From the NCBI GenBank assembly GCA_030749225.1, contig JASMKO010000028.1, positions 11,090 to 75,089 on the forward strand: a stretch of 64,000 bases of DNA, in the 5' to 3' direction. Under the pieces are notes generated by a model. That model searched no databases. It saw only the letters and a list, made by a program, of their open reading frames with translations, and was not told the origin of the DNA. A program made the position numbers and the translations under genes. The DNA comes from Verrucomicrobiota bacterium. GTDB lineage: Bacteria > Verrucomicrobiota > Verrucomicrobiia > Limisphaerales > UBA1096. Every line of letters begins with the position of its first letter. Position 1 is the stretch's first letter. Below are positions 37,052 to 47,071 of this stretch, piece after piece.

Positions 37052-38554
37052 TCAGCGGCTGCGGCCGTTGTCCCGGATTTCCTCGAGCCGCGCCGTCAGC
37101 CTCCCGACCAAATTCGGCTTGGCCTTGGCCAAGTCGTTACGCTCACCCAGGTCACTCGATAGGTCAAACAGCCGGTACGGCTTGGCAAACGGCTTTCCCT
37201 TCGGTGCCTCGCGTCCACCGGAGCCGTTGCCGGCGATCAGTTTCCATTTACCACTGCGCAGCGCAAACATGCCACTGGCACTGTGATGAATCACCGGCGC
37301 GCGCAGGTTGCCCCAGTCGCCGCCTTGGAACAGCGGCAGCCAACTGAAGCTGTCCTCGGCCGAGTCGTCCGGCAGCTTGGCCCCGGTGAGCTCGGCGCAG
37401 GTGGCAAACAGATCCACGTGAGCCGTGGGTTTGTCACAAGTTGACCCAGCCGCGATCACTCCCGGCCAACGCGCGAAGAACGGCACGCGATGGCCGGCTT
37501 CCCACACGTCCGCCTTGGTGCCGCGCAGATCACCATTGGCAGTGTGATGTTTTTCATTGTACGCCTGCACCGTTGGGTCGCTGACATGATCATCCTTTTC
37601 ATCAGCGCCACGCCGGTACATGAAGGATCCGTTGTCGCTGGTGTAAATAAGCAGCGTGTTTTTTCCAATGCCCGCCTCGCGAATCGCCTGCATCACCTGT
37701 CCCACCGTCCAGTCAACCTGCATCACAAAGTCGCCGTACAAGCCAATCCCCGACTTGCCGATGAACCGCGAGTGCGGCTGCACTGGCTTGTGCGGCGCAG
37801 TCAGCGGAAAGTAGAGAAAAAACGGCTGATCTTTTTTGGCGCGCTCACGAATGACGTGGGTCGCCCGACGCGTAAGGTCATCGAGGCAGTCATCCATCAC
37901 CAAGCCGGGCTGGCGTGGCCCGCGACGCAGAAAACCGGGGAACTTGACCGCCGGCTGGTCGATCGTCGGCGGCTCAATGACACGGCCGTTCTCGATGTAG
38001 ACATATGGCGGGAAGTCAAGCGATGCCGGGATGATGAACGAGTCATTAAAGCCGTGCTCATTCGGCCCGTCGGTGACCGGCTTGGCATAGTCAATCTTCC
38101 CATCGGCGCCCTTCTGGAAACCCAACCCCAGGTGCCACTTGCCAACCACGCTGGTGTGATAGCCCTCGGCGCGCAACATCCCGGCAACCGTCAACCGTCC
38201 CGGCTCCAGCAGCGGCGTACTGTAGCCGTTGAGCACCCCGCGCTTCAGCCGCGAGCGCCAGCAATACCGGCCGGTCAACACCCCGTATCGCGTCGGCGTG
38301 CAGACCGCAGACGGCGAGTGGGCGTCGGTGAAGGTCATACCCTGCTTGGCCAAGCGGTTGAGATTTGGCGTTGGCACCCTGGATCGGGAGTTCAGTGCCT
38401 GCACATCGCCGTAGCCCATGTCATCGGCGAGCACAAATACGATATTCGGCTTGGCCGCGAACGCCGCTTGGCCAAGCGCCACCGCCATCGTTACCATGGC
38501 AGCCCCCATGCCCAATCGATGCCAAACGGGTTGAAAGAGATCTCTTGATTTCAT
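37052..38554 (-). CDS. Arylsulfatase (formylglycine-dependent)
   Basis: 'KPNIVFVLADDMGYGD', CTPTR motif, 'GKWHLG', 'SDNG', 'E.GHRVP'; start codon uncertain. Confidence 0.94.
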   Translation of the reverse strand: MKSRDLFQPVWHRLGMGAAMVTMAVALGQAAFAAKPNIVFVLADDMGYGDVQALNSRSRVPTPNLNRLAKQGMTFTDAHSPSAVCTPTRYGVLTGRYCWRSRLKRGVLNGYSTPLLEPGRLTVAGMLRAEGYHTSVVGKWHLGLGFQKGADGKIDYAKPVTDGPNEHGFNDSFIIPASLDFPPYVYIENGRVIEPPTIDQPAVKFPGFLRRGPRQPGLVMDDCLDDLTRRATHVIRERAKKDQPFFLYFPLTAPHKPVQPHSRFIGKSGIGLYGDFVMQVDWTVGQVMQAIREAGIGKNTLLIYTSDNGSFMYRRGADEKDDHVSDPTVQAYNEKHHTANGDLRGTKADVWEAGHRVPFFARWPGVIAAGSTCDKPTAHVDLFATCAELTGAKLPDDSAEDSFSWLPLFQGGDWGNLRAPVIHHSASGMFALRSGKWKLIAGNGSGGREAPKGKPFAKPYRLFDLSSDLGERNDLAKAKPNLVGRLTARLEEIRDNGRSR

Positions 38555-38607
38555 GAAAGCCCAGCAGTCTACGGCTAGTGAGCCGCTTGGCCAAGCCACC
38601 TGTAGTC

Positions 38608-38656
38608 TGGGGAATATTCCCCACATACGATTGTGCAAAATGGGAAATAATTCCCA
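38608..38656. promoter_or_regulatory. Two 16-bp palindromic sites, putative activator (bEBP) binding sites
   Basis: TGGGGAATATTCCCCA (38608-38623, perfect palindrome) and TGGGAAATAATTCCCA (38641-38656), starts 33 bp apart. Confidence 0.65.
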
Positions 38657-38741
38657 ATAACACGGCTTTTTCACCAAAAGTTCAACTAATTTATTATGAG
38701 CTAAACAGCTAATTTAAAGTTACTTAAAGATTATAACAAAA

Positions 38742-38757
38742 TTGGCACACAGACTGC
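38742..38757 (+). promoter_or_regulatory. Sigma-54 (-24/-12) promoter
   Basis: TTGGCACACAGACTGC has GG-N10-GC, is preceded by an AT-rich tract and lies about 70 bp before the ATG at 38826. Confidence 0.7.
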
Positions 38758-38825
38758 GTATCAATCTGACGGATGGCGAGGGGGTCTCGCCTTTTAATTG
38801 GTAAAAAACTGAAAGAAAACAGATC

Positions 38826-39398
38826 ATGAAAATTAAAACATTAGTGATTGTGAGTGCCATCGGCATCGCGTTGGTAACGCCAGAGTCATTGCAGGCACAG
38901 GCGAAACCAAAGCCGGTCAAGCCGGATGCTGGAGATATCAAGGAGGACGGCAAGGAACGCCCGAAAATCGATGTTGCAAAAATCAAGGAACGCCTCAAGG
39001 CCGCCTTCGACAAGCGCAAAAAGAAACGTGGCGACGCCAAGAAGGAAGGTCACAAAGTAGGTGGCAAGAAGGGTCACAAGGGTGGCGGCGCGTTCGGCAA
39101 GCTGGTTCGTGACGACGAGAAAATCAAGGAACTGCGCGACGCGTTCCACACGGCCGCCAAGGAACAGCACGCCAAAGTCAAGGACCTCCACAAACAGCTC
39201 AAGGATGCCTCCGATGAGGACAAGGATGGCCTTCGCGAGCAGCTAAAGGGCATGCGAACCGAATGGGTCGAGAACATGAAGGGCAACCGCGAGGAGGTGC
39301 GCGCCCGGATCAAGGAGATCCGCGAGGAGTTCAAGAACAAGCGTGACGAAGTCATCGACGCCAACGACGATGATGGCAACGACGATCCGGGCGAATAA
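38826..39398 (+). CDS. Secreted, highly charged alpha-helical protein (Spy/CpxP-like composition)
   Basis: Signal peptide, K/E/D/R-rich coiled-coil pattern, own promoter and terminator. Confidence 0.75.
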   Translation: MKIKTLVIVSAIGIALVTPESLQAQAKPKPVKPDAGDIKEDGKERPKIDVAKIKERLKAAFDKRKKKRGDAKKEGHKVGGKKGHKGGGAFGKLVRDDEKIKELRDAFHTAAKEQHAKVKDLHKQLKDASDEDKDGLREQLKGMRTEWVENMKGNREEVRARIKEIREEFKNKRDEVIDANDDDGNDDPGE

Positions 39399-39423
39399 GC
39401 CTAGGCACAGTTGACACTTAACG

Positions 39424-39454
39424 GCAGGCAGCGGAAACGCTGCCTGTTTTTTTT
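39424..39454 (+). terminator. Rho-independent terminator
   Basis: GCAGGCAGCG-GAAA-CGCTGCCTGT followed by a T run. Confidence 0.9.
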
Positions 39455-39460
39455 ACCCAC

Positions 39461-39489
39461 TTGGCCCACCGCACCGCCAGGCGTACACT
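39461..39489 (+). promoter_or_regulatory. Putative sigma-70 promoter (-35 TTGGCC, 17 bp, -10 TACACT)
   Basis: Canonical spacing, directly after a terminator and before the ATG at 39505. Confidence 0.6.
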
Positions 39490-39504
39490 CACGGCACAAC
39501 GGCC

Positions 39505-40347
39505 ATGGCCGACGACTTTACAGACAGCACACTTGTCCTTGTGGCGCACGGCTCAACGCAGAACGCTGATTCAGCCAAGCCGGCTAATCAGCACGCCGAC
39601 GAACTGCGCGCTCGTCGATTATTCGCCAAGGTGCGGACTGGCTTCCTAAAGCAGCAACCGGAAATTGGCGGCGTGCTGCAAGGGATCAAGGCCGGGCGCA
39701 TATTCGTCGTACCGCTTTTCATCAGCGAGGGGTACTATACCGGGGAGGTACTGCCCCGAGAACTTGACTTGCTCACGGACGATGACGGGGCGTTTGCGCA
39801 CATCCGGAAAAAAGGCGAACAGACCCTCCTCTACTGCAGGCCGATCGGCACGCACACAAGCATGACCGATGCGCTGCTCGCCCGGGCCACGGGCGTCGTG
39901 GATCGGCATCCCTTCCCCCACTGTCCGCCCAAGCGGGATACGACGCTGTTTATTGCCGGGCACGGCACGCCCGAGAATGAAAACTCGCGAACCGCCGTCG
40001 AGCAGCAGGCGGCGTTGATCCGGGCCACGCGCGTGTACGCCAATGTTCACGCGATATTTCTCGAGGAGGAACCTCGCATCGAGTCGTGCATCGAACAGGC
40101 CGCCACGCGCAACATTGTCATCGTGCCGTTTTTTATCAGCGACGGCCTGCACTCGCGCGAGGATATCCCGATAAAGCTGGGCGAGCCGGAAAAAAGGGTG
40201 CAACAGCGCTTGTCCAACGGCCAGCCCACCTGGGTGAATCCCACCGAGCGACTGGGCAAACGCATCTGGTATTCGGCCAGCATCGGCACCGAGCCGTTCA
40301 TCGCGGAAGTGATCCTCGCACGCGTCCGCGAGGCGGCGGCAGGGTGA
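39505..40347 (+). CDS. CbiX/SirB-family chelatase-like protein (two CbiX domains)
   Basis: 'LVLVAHGS', 'VVPLFISEGY', 'IAGHGT', 'VPFFISDGLH..EDIP'. Confidence 0.8.
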   Translation: MADDFTDSTLVLVAHGSTQNADSAKPANQHADELRARRLFAKVRTGFLKQQPEIGGVLQGIKAGRIFVVPLFISEGYYTGEVLPRELDLLTDDDGAFAHIRKKGEQTLLYCRPIGTHTSMTDALLARATGVVDRHPFPHCPPKRDTTLFIAGHGTPENENSRTAVEQQAALIRATRVYANVHAIFLEEEPRIESCIEQAATRNIVIVPFFISDGLHSREDIPIKLGEPEKRVQQRLSNGQPTWVNPTERLGKRIWYSASIGTEPFIAEVILARVREAAAG

Positions 40348-41565
40348 TCAGCCGATCGGGTGGCAAAACATTCCGTCCCGAAGCTTGGGCTCAAACCAGG
40401 TGCTCTTGGGCGGCATGATGCCGCCGCCATCAGCAATCTTCATCAGGTCCCCGATGCTCGTCGGGGACAGTGAAAACGCGCAGGCGAACTCCCCGCACTC
40501 CACAAGCTTTTCCAACTCGGCTGCACCTCGGATACCGCCGACGAAAGCGATGCGTTTGCTGGTGCGCGGGTCGTCAATGCCGAGCAACGACGCCAACACC
40601 TGATCCTGCAGGATGCTGACGTCGAGCTGCTTGATGGGGTCATCGGGATCGATCGAGCCGACCTTGGGCCGCAATGTGTGCCACCGGCCCTCGAGGTAAA
40701 GGCAGATTTCATGTTTGCCGACTGGCTTGGCTTGGCCGCTCTCCCCGATATCGAACGCTTGGCCAAGCGCAGCTAGGAACTCGTCCGCAGAGTGGCCGTT
40801 CAAATCGCGCACGGCTCGGTTGTAGGCCAAGATCTGCACCTGGTCGTGCGGGAAAAGCACGGACAAAAACAGGCTGCTGCTCCCGCCGCCTTCGCGGCTC
40901 TTGGCCACCCTTGACGCGGCGGCGCTGCGATGATGCCCATCGGCAATGTAAAGGTTTGGGATGGAATCGAACCGACTCTCGATCAAGCTTGTGTCCTCTC
41001 CTGATGCCACCGTCCACGACGAGTGCCGGACGCCGTCGGGCGCAGTGAAATCGATGTCCGGCTGGCCGCCGGTGACGCGGTTGAGCACCCCGTCCAGCAC
41101 AGCGTCAGCCGGATAGGTCAGGAACACCGGTCCGGTCTGGGCATCGAGCACCTCAAGGTGAGCGACGCGGTCGTCCTCTTTCTCGGGCCGCGTGAATTCA
41201 TGTTTGCGAATGGTATTCGAGTCGTACTCGGTGCAACTCGCCACCGCCACGAGGCCAAGCTGTCGATGCCCGCCCATGATCTGCCGATAAAGGTAATAGT
41301 GCGCCTGGGCGTCCCGACGCAGCGAGCCCCCGGCGATGAGGCGGTCTAGGTTTTCGCGGGCTTTCGCGTACACGCCCGGGTCGGTGGGATCCGTGCCATC
41401 TGGCAGATCGATTTCCGGCCGGCTGACATGCAGAAAGCTGTCCGGCCGGCCCTCGGCCATCTGTCGGGCCTCGGCGGCGGACATGACGTCGTAGGGAAGT
41501 TCGCAAATGTCGGCGGCCCGGGCGGGGTCGGGCAAGAGAGCTGGAAAAGGCTTGATGGTCGCCAT
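40348..41565 (-). CDS. DUF1015-family protein
   Basis: 'PYDV', 'SFLHV.RPEID', 'I.KHE.TR..KE.DR', 'YIADGHHR.A', 'MPPKSTWFEPKL'. Confidence 0.92.
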   Translation of the reverse strand: MATIKPFPALLPDPARAADICELPYDVMSAAEARQMAEGRPDSFLHVSRPEIDLPDGTDPTDPGVYAKARENLDRLIAGGSLRRDAQAHYYLYRQIMGGHRQLGLVAVASCTEYDSNTIRKHEFTRPEKEDDRVAHLEVLDAQTGPVFLTYPADAVLDGVLNRVTGGQPDIDFTAPDGVRHSSWTVASGEDTSLIESRFDSIPNLYIADGHHRSAAASRVAKSREGGGSSSLFLSVLFPHDQVQILAYNRAVRDLNGHSADEFLAALGQAFDIGESGQAKPVGKHEICLYLEGRWHTLRPKVGSIDPDDPIKQLDVSILQDQVLASLLGIDDPRTSKRIAFVGGIRGAAELEKLVECGEFACAFSLSPTSIGDLMKIADGGGIMPPKSTWFEPKLRDGMFCHPIG

Positions 41566-41747
41566 CGGCGCGGCACGGTACGGGAGCACTGGAGCAAGCG
41601 CGACGAAAAAACAAAAACACGCCCCAACTCACTGCATGCGAACAACTTCGATCACTGACTCTCACTCGCCCAGCTGTAGTGAATATCTCTTGCTTGCAAA
41701 TGCCAATGTTGCGGAGCCTAATTCCCGCCCTTTTTTATTTGCAATCA

Positions 41748-43823
41748 ATGAACAACTACACCCATTCCAACTTGAGGAACGTTGCCTTGGTGGGTCATGC
41801 CTCGTCCGGCAAGACCATGCTTGGCGAATGCATGCTAGCCTGCTCCGGTGCAATCAACCGGCTCGGCAGCGTGATTGATGGCACCACCGCCTCCGACTAC
41901 CACAAGGCGGAGCAGGAGAGGCAGTTTTCCATCCACACGTCGTTGCTGCACGCCGAATGGCTCGAAACCCGGTTCAATATCATCGATACACCGGGTTACC
42001 TGGATTTCCTCGCCGAGAGTCGCGCGGCGCTGAAGGTGGCCGACCTGGCGCTCGTCGTCGTCCACGCCACACACGGCATTGAGATCGGTACATCGAAGGT
42101 ATGGGAGTATGCCGAGGAGTTCGGCTTGGCCAAGGTGGTGGTTGTCAACGGCATCGACGCCGAGAATGCGCAATACGAACCGATCCTTGAGGAACTCGGG
42201 ACGACGTTCGGCAAGCGGTTCTTCCCAGTCAACATTCCCACTAACCCCGGCCCGGGCTTCAACGAGACGCTGGACGTGATCCGCAAGTCGAAGCTCACCT
42301 ACAAAACCGACGGTAGCGGTAAATACGACGAGGCCAACGCCTCCGACGACGAGGCGGAACAGGTCGATCAACTGCACGCGCAGTTGATCGAACTGGTGGC
42401 CGAGTCGGACGACACGCTGCTGGAAAAATTTTTCGATGCAGGCATCACCGAGGAGGAGCTTCGGGGCGGACTGCACCAGGCGTTTCAATCCCAGATTTTT
42501 GTCCCAGTGTTCTTCACCTCCAGCGAGACCAACACCGGCGTGTCGCGGCTGATGGATTTCATCTCCAAGTACGCCTCCTCGCCGGACGACCACAAGGATA
42601 CTGCCGCCAAAAACGCCGACGAAGAAGAGGTGACCATCAGCCTCGATGACAACGAGGCCGCCGCGTTCGTCTTCAAGACCATCAACGAGCCGCACATTGG
42701 CGAGTTGTCCTTTGTCAAGGTGATGGCCGGCACGCTCAAGGCTGGCGAAGACATTGTCAACGCCAACACCGACGAGGCCCAGCGGCTGGGCCAGATGTTC
42801 ATCCTCAACGGCAAAAACCGAGACAAGGTCGAGCATCTCAACGCCGGCGAAATCGGCGCACTGGTCAAGCTGAAGAACACCCACACCGGCAACACCCTCA
42901 CCTCTTCCAAGCGGAAGGTCACCGTACCGTCCATTGACTATCCCAACCCCAACATCCACGAGGCGCTCAAGCCCAAGAACAAGGGCGACGAGGACAAGAT
43001 TGCCGTCGGTCTCTCCGCGCTGCACGAGGAGGACCCCTCCTTCCAATACCATGTCGACTCCGAACTGCACCAGACCGTCATCTCCGGCCAGGGCGAACTA
43101 CATCTGCAGGTCGCCATGGAGCGCATCAAGGAACGGTTCAACATCGAGATGGAACTGTCCGCCCCGAAGATTCCGTTCCGCGAAACCATCCGCAGCAACG
43201 GTGAGGCCAAGTACCGCCACAAGAAACAGAGCGGCGGCGCTGGCCAGTTCGCCGAGGTATGGATGCGCATCGAGCCCGCGCCACGCGACCACGGCGTCGA
43301 GTTCACCCAGTCCCTTGTCGGCCAGAATGTCGACCGCGTATTCGTGCCCTCCGTGGAAAAGGGCGTCAACAGCGCCTGCACAGACGGCATCCTCGCCGGC
43401 TACCGCGTGGTGGACGTAAAGATCGACTTTTACGACGGCAAAATGCACCCGGTCGATTCCAAGGATGTCGCCTTCCAGATTGCCGGCAAACAGGCCTTCC
43501 GCGAAGCCTTCCAGTCGGCCAAGCCGTGCCTACTCGAGCCGATCACCAAGATCGAGGTCAGCGTGCCGGAGGAATTCATGGGGGCCGTCATGGGTGACCT
43601 CTCCAGCCGCCGAGGCAAAATCCTGGGCATGGACGCCGAGGGCACGTTCCAGGTCGTACGGGCCGAGGTGCCGCAGATGGAGCTGTACCACTACTCCACC
43701 AACCTGCGCTCCCTGACCGGCGGCCGAGGCCTGCACACCGAGGAATTCAGCCACTACGAGTTCATGCCCCACGAACTCGAGAAAAAAGTCATCGCCCAAA
43801 GCCAAGCCAAGGAGGAGGAATAA
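41748..43823 (+). CDS. fusA: Elongation factor G paralog (EF-G2/EF-G II-like)
   Basis: G1 GHASSGKT, 'IIDTPGY.DF', 'GQGELHL', 'KKQSGG.GQF', 'DGKMH.VDS'; not in the str operon. Confidence 0.88.
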   Translation: MNNYTHSNLRNVALVGHASSGKTMLGECMLACSGAINRLGSVIDGTTASDYHKAEQERQFSIHTSLLHAEWLETRFNIIDTPGYLDFLAESRAALKVADLALVVVHATHGIEIGTSKVWEYAEEFGLAKVVVVNGIDAENAQYEPILEELGTTFGKRFFPVNIPTNPGPGFNETLDVIRKSKLTYKTDGSGKYDEANASDDEAEQVDQLHAQLIELVAESDDTLLEKFFDAGITEEELRGGLHQAFQSQIFVPVFFTSSETNTGVSRLMDFISKYASSPDDHKDTAAKNADEEEVTISLDDNEAAAFVFKTINEPHIGELSFVKVMAGTLKAGEDIVNANTDEAQRLGQMFILNGKNRDKVEHLNAGEIGALVKLKNTHTGNTLTSSKRKVTVPSIDYPNPNIHEALKPKNKGDEDKIAVGLSALHEEDPSFQYHVDSELHQTVISGQGELHLQVAMERIKERFNIEMELSAPKIPFRETIRSNGEAKYRHKKQSGGAGQFAEVWMRIEPAPRDHGVEFTQSLVGQNVDRVFVPSVEKGVNSACTDGILAGYRVVDVKIDFYDGKMHPVDSKDVAFQIAGKQAFREAFQSAKPCLLEPITKIEVSVPEEFMGAVMGDLSSRRGKILGMDAEGTFQVVRAEVPQMELYHYSTNLRSLTGGRGLHTEEFSHYEFMPHELEKKVIAQSQAKEEE

Positions 43824-43844
43824 TCCCTTGGCCAAGCGCCTAGC

Positions 43845-44681
43845 CTAATGCACAAGCATGTCCGAAAGGGAGGATTTAAATTTGCGGTGGCAGAGGGCGA
43901 AGAGGACGGCAGTCGGGATCACCGCAAAGGTTGAGGCCGCCATCTGAACACCCTGCGGCGTGCGCTGGCTGATATCGTAGAGCTTGGCCAAGGCCAGCGG
44001 CAGGGTCTGCTTGGTTTCGCTCGTGAGCACCAGCATCGGGATGAGGTGCTCGTGCCAAGCGAGGATGAAATGGATCATCCCGTAGCTGAGCAGCGCTGGC
44101 CAGACAAGCGGCAGCACGGTCAAGAACACCCGCAACTCCGCTGCGCCGCAAACGCGCGCCACCTGAAAATATTCCCTCGGAACCTGGCGGAACACCTGCG
44201 TGAAATAGACCACGCCCAAGCCGGTCACCACGCCCGGCAGCATCACGCCCAGCAATGAGTCGCTCAGGCCAAGCTCATTCACCCATGAGAATAGCGGCAC
44301 GGCGAAAAGCTGACGCGGCACGAGAATCAATGCCACCGTCAGGACGAACAATAGCCGCTTGCCATAAAAAGCAAACCGCGCGAAGGCGTACCCCGCCGCC
44401 GCCGACAAGGCCACCGCGCCGAGCGCCTGGCCAAGCGAGACGAACAACGAGTTGGCGAAAACGGCCCAAAACGGAACCCACCTTCCGTCGAGCAACTCAA
44501 CGACGTTTTGCCAGTCGTAGTTTGCCGGGAAAAACGCCTTGGCCATCGGCTGGAAAAACTCGGTGTTTGTCTTGAACATCCCCAACACCATCCACAAAAA
44601 CGGCACCAGCACAGCCAGCAAAAAAGGGCCAAGCAGCAACAGCGACAAGACACCGCGCCAATTTTTTCCGCAGTTGCTCAT
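43845..44681 (-). CDS. Carbohydrate ABC transporter permease (MalG-type)
   Basis: 'PFLWM....FK', 'NSL.VS', 'GYAFARF.F.G', EAA-like loop. Confidence 0.88.
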   Translation of the reverse strand: MSNCGKNWRGVLSLLLLGPFLLAVLVPFLWMVLGMFKTNTEFFQPMAKAFFPANYDWQNVVELLDGRWVPFWAVFANSLFVSLGQALGAVALSAAAGYAFARFAFYGKRLLFVLTVALILVPRQLFAVPLFSWVNELGLSDSLLGVMLPGVVTGLGVVYFTQVFRQVPREYFQVARVCGAAELRVFLTVLPLVWPALLSYGMIHFILAWHEHLIPMLVLTSETKQTLPLALAKLYDISQRTPQGVQMAASTFAVIPTAVLFALCHRKFKSSLSDMLVH

Positions 44682-45562
44682 GCCGTTCGCCTCCTTAAAA
44701 ACAGGCAACCCCAGACCAACAGCAGCATCAACGGCAACAGGCTGACGCTGATCGCCGATGCAGTGCCGTACTCAAAGAACCGCGATTTCTGGAACACGTA
44801 CGTGATCGTCAGCAATCCCGCGTCAGCCGTGCCACCGGAGCCCCCGAGCAGCATGAACGCGCCGGAGAAAAGCGAGAAGCCGTCGACCACCAGATACACC
44901 GCCACGAATAACAGCACCGGCCGGAGCTGCGGCACAGTCACGTGCCAGAATTGCCGCCATCGGCTGGCGGTGGCCAGACGCGCCGCCTCGTAAAAGACGC
45001 GCGGGATGCCCTCCATCCCAGCGAGGATGAAAAACGTCATGAAGCCGGTCCAGCGCCATGCGGTTTGCAGGACAAGCCCGATGAGGATGAAGTCCGGATC
45101 CTTCAGCCAATCGATCCGCTCGAGGCCAAGCGGCATCACGAACAGCTGGTTAAGCAGGCCGTTTTTGCCATGAAACACCATCAGGAACAGCACCGCCAGC
45201 ACGGACGGCGGCGTGAGCGCCGGCAGCAGCAGCGCGAAAGTCAGCATCGGGCGGAGCCGCCGGAAGGTCGCGCGCAGCAGATGCGCCAGCCAGAGTGCGA
45301 GCGGCACGATCACGACGATGGAAGCGAGCGTGTAAGTGAAGCTGTTGCGAAGCGCGGTGATGTAACGCTCGTCATTGGCCAAGGCCATATAATGCGACAG
45401 GCCAACGTACTCCGCTTGGCCAAGACCGTTGGCCTGAAGGCTCATTTTCACCCCGCCAACCAACGGGATGAGCCAGAAGAGCATCAGGAACAGAATGAAC
45501 GGTAGCAGGAGCAGAAACGGCGTCCAGCGCGCCCGCGAAGTTCGCTGGTTGGCTGCGGGCAT
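44678..45562 (-). CDS. Carbohydrate ABC transporter permease (MalF-type)
   Basis: 'YVGL.HY', 'G.LNQL', 'W.WTG', 'IP...YEAA...A..W..F..VT.P.LRP'. Confidence 0.9.
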   Translation of the reverse strand: MPAANQRTSRARWTPFLLLLPFILFLMLFWLIPLVGGVKMSLQANGLGQAEYVGLSHYMALANDERYITALRNSFTYTLASIVVIVPLALWLAHLLRATFRRLRPMLTFALLLPALTPPSVLAVLFLMVFHGKNGLLNQLFVMPLGLERIDWLKDPDFILIGLVLQTAWRWTGFMTFFILAGMEGIPRVFYEAARLATASRWRQFWHVTVPQLRPVLLFVAVYLVVDGFSLFSGAFMLLGGSGGTADAGLLTITYVFQKSRFFEYGTASAISVSLLPLMLLLVWGCLFLRRRTA

Positions 45563-45576
45563 GGGTGTGCTTGGCC

Positions 45577-46854
45577 CTACTGGCCCTTGCCGGCCGCCTC
45601 AAGCATGGTCTTCATTTTGTCGAGCACCTCGGCCGGCTTGAGTTCGCCATAGATGAGAGACGTAAAGAACGTTTCCTGAAACAGAAACACCGCCTTGGCT
45701 CGATTCGGGTGGCTGACGACTTCCGGCACCTCTGGCGCGAGACGCACCAACAGCTCGCCGAATTTCTGGTTGCTAAAGAACTCATTGGGCTGCAGCAGCC
45801 GCTCGTCCTTCCATGCCGGCCGGTACGCCGGGAAGCTGTTGCCGTCGAGGAACCGGCGGGCGTTCGACTCCTTGTTGGTGATCACGAACTCGATGAACTT
45901 CCACGCTGCATCCTGCTGCTTGCTGGCCTTATTGATCAGCAGGCCCTGCCCGGCGAAGGTCGAGGTGCGGCGGCTCAACCGCCCATCCGGCATTTTCCAT
46001 GCCGGCAACGGCATCGCACCCCACTTGCCCTTCAGGTCAGGGGTGAACTGCTGCAGCATGTCGAGCCCATACCAGTCGGCACCGACCACAGTCAGCACCT
46101 CGCCATACTGGACGGCGCTGTTGAAAAACAGCGGGTCAAAGATGGACGCGCGCTCCGGCACCATGCCGACGCGGGTTTCCATCTGTTTCTGCATCCAGCC
46201 AAGCACCTCGATCGCCGCCTCGCGGTCGGGATACACCGAGCCGTCCCGGCCAAACAAGTCACTATCACGCTGCCGCAGCAGGATGCCGAAGTACGTTGGG
46301 TCGAGCGCGATCATCGCCTTGCCATGGTCGTTCACCACTTGCTTGCCAGTATCGACCAGCTTCTCCCAGGTCGTCAGCGTCGCCGGGTCAATGCTCATTG
46401 CCTTGAACAAATCGGTGCGGTAGTAGAGCACCATCGCGCTGAGCGACTGTGGGATGCCGTACGTCTTGCCCTTGTAGGCAAACAGGCTTTGGCGACTCTT
46501 TGCTATATCCTTGTCGAGCTTGGCCTTTTTGATGCGCTCGCCCAGGTCAACAAACGGCACGTCACCGCCGAGGAACGCGCCGAATAGCACTTCGTCTAGC
46601 TGCACCACATCCGGCGGGTTGATGCCGGTCTTGATCGACACAGCCAGTTTCTCCGGCATCTCGCGGAACCCGAATGACTGCACCTTGGCCTCGAACTCAT
46701 TGTCCACCTCCGCCTTGTACAGCTTGACCATGCCCTCATAGTAGAGCTGGTCCTGAAAGGAACTGATCCAGATGTCCAGCGGCTTGACCTCCGCCGCAGT
46801 CGTCATCGCTTGGCCAAGCACCACCAAACCCACCAAAATGTGTCGATATTTCAT
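45577..46854 (-). CDS. Sugar ABC transporter substrate-binding protein
   Basis: Signal peptide, 'PPDV', 'YGIP', 'LYYR.DLF', 'W....LP', 'AAWKFIEF'. Confidence 0.88.
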   Translation of the reverse strand: MKYRHILVGLVVLGQAMTTAAEVKPLDIWISSFQDQLYYEGMVKLYKAEVDNEFEAKVQSFGFREMPEKLAVSIKTGINPPDVVQLDEVLFGAFLGGDVPFVDLGERIKKAKLDKDIAKSRQSLFAYKGKTYGIPQSLSAMVLYYRTDLFKAMSIDPATLTTWEKLVDTGKQVVNDHGKAMIALDPTYFGILLRQRDSDLFGRDGSVYPDREAAIEVLGWMQKQMETRVGMVPERASIFDPLFFNSAVQYGEVLTVVGADWYGLDMLQQFTPDLKGKWGAMPLPAWKMPDGRLSRRTSTFAGQGLLINKASKQQDAAWKFIEFVITNKESNARRFLDGNSFPAYRPAWKDERLLQPNEFFSNQKFGELLVRLAPEVPEVVSHPNRAKAVFLFQETFFTSLIYGELKPAEVLDKMKTMLEAAGKGQ

Positions 46855-47071
46855 CTTTAAAATCGCGGCGCAAAAAATCCACCGTACCCCCGCCGGAGTC
46901 AATGCCGTAGACGCCCTGAACGCGACGGCATTCAAACCAAGCGCCTGGCCAAGCCCGCATCAGCCGATTTTTTACTGTGCTTTTTGGCTCATACGCGCAA
47001 CATTCCCCCGCCTTTCCGGTGAAATCGCATGTGCCCCGGCGCATCGATGGCCGCTCAATTGTGTCCGAATC

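Noticed and set aside
39505-40347. CbiX-like gene as evidence of a cobalamin cluster
   Set aside because: No other cob/cbi or siroheme genes and no recognisable cobalamin riboswitch are nearby.
41685-41710. TTGGCA-containing elements here and near 15683, 25935 and 36622 as further sigma-54 promoters
   Set aside because: The GG-N10-GC spacing is not met.
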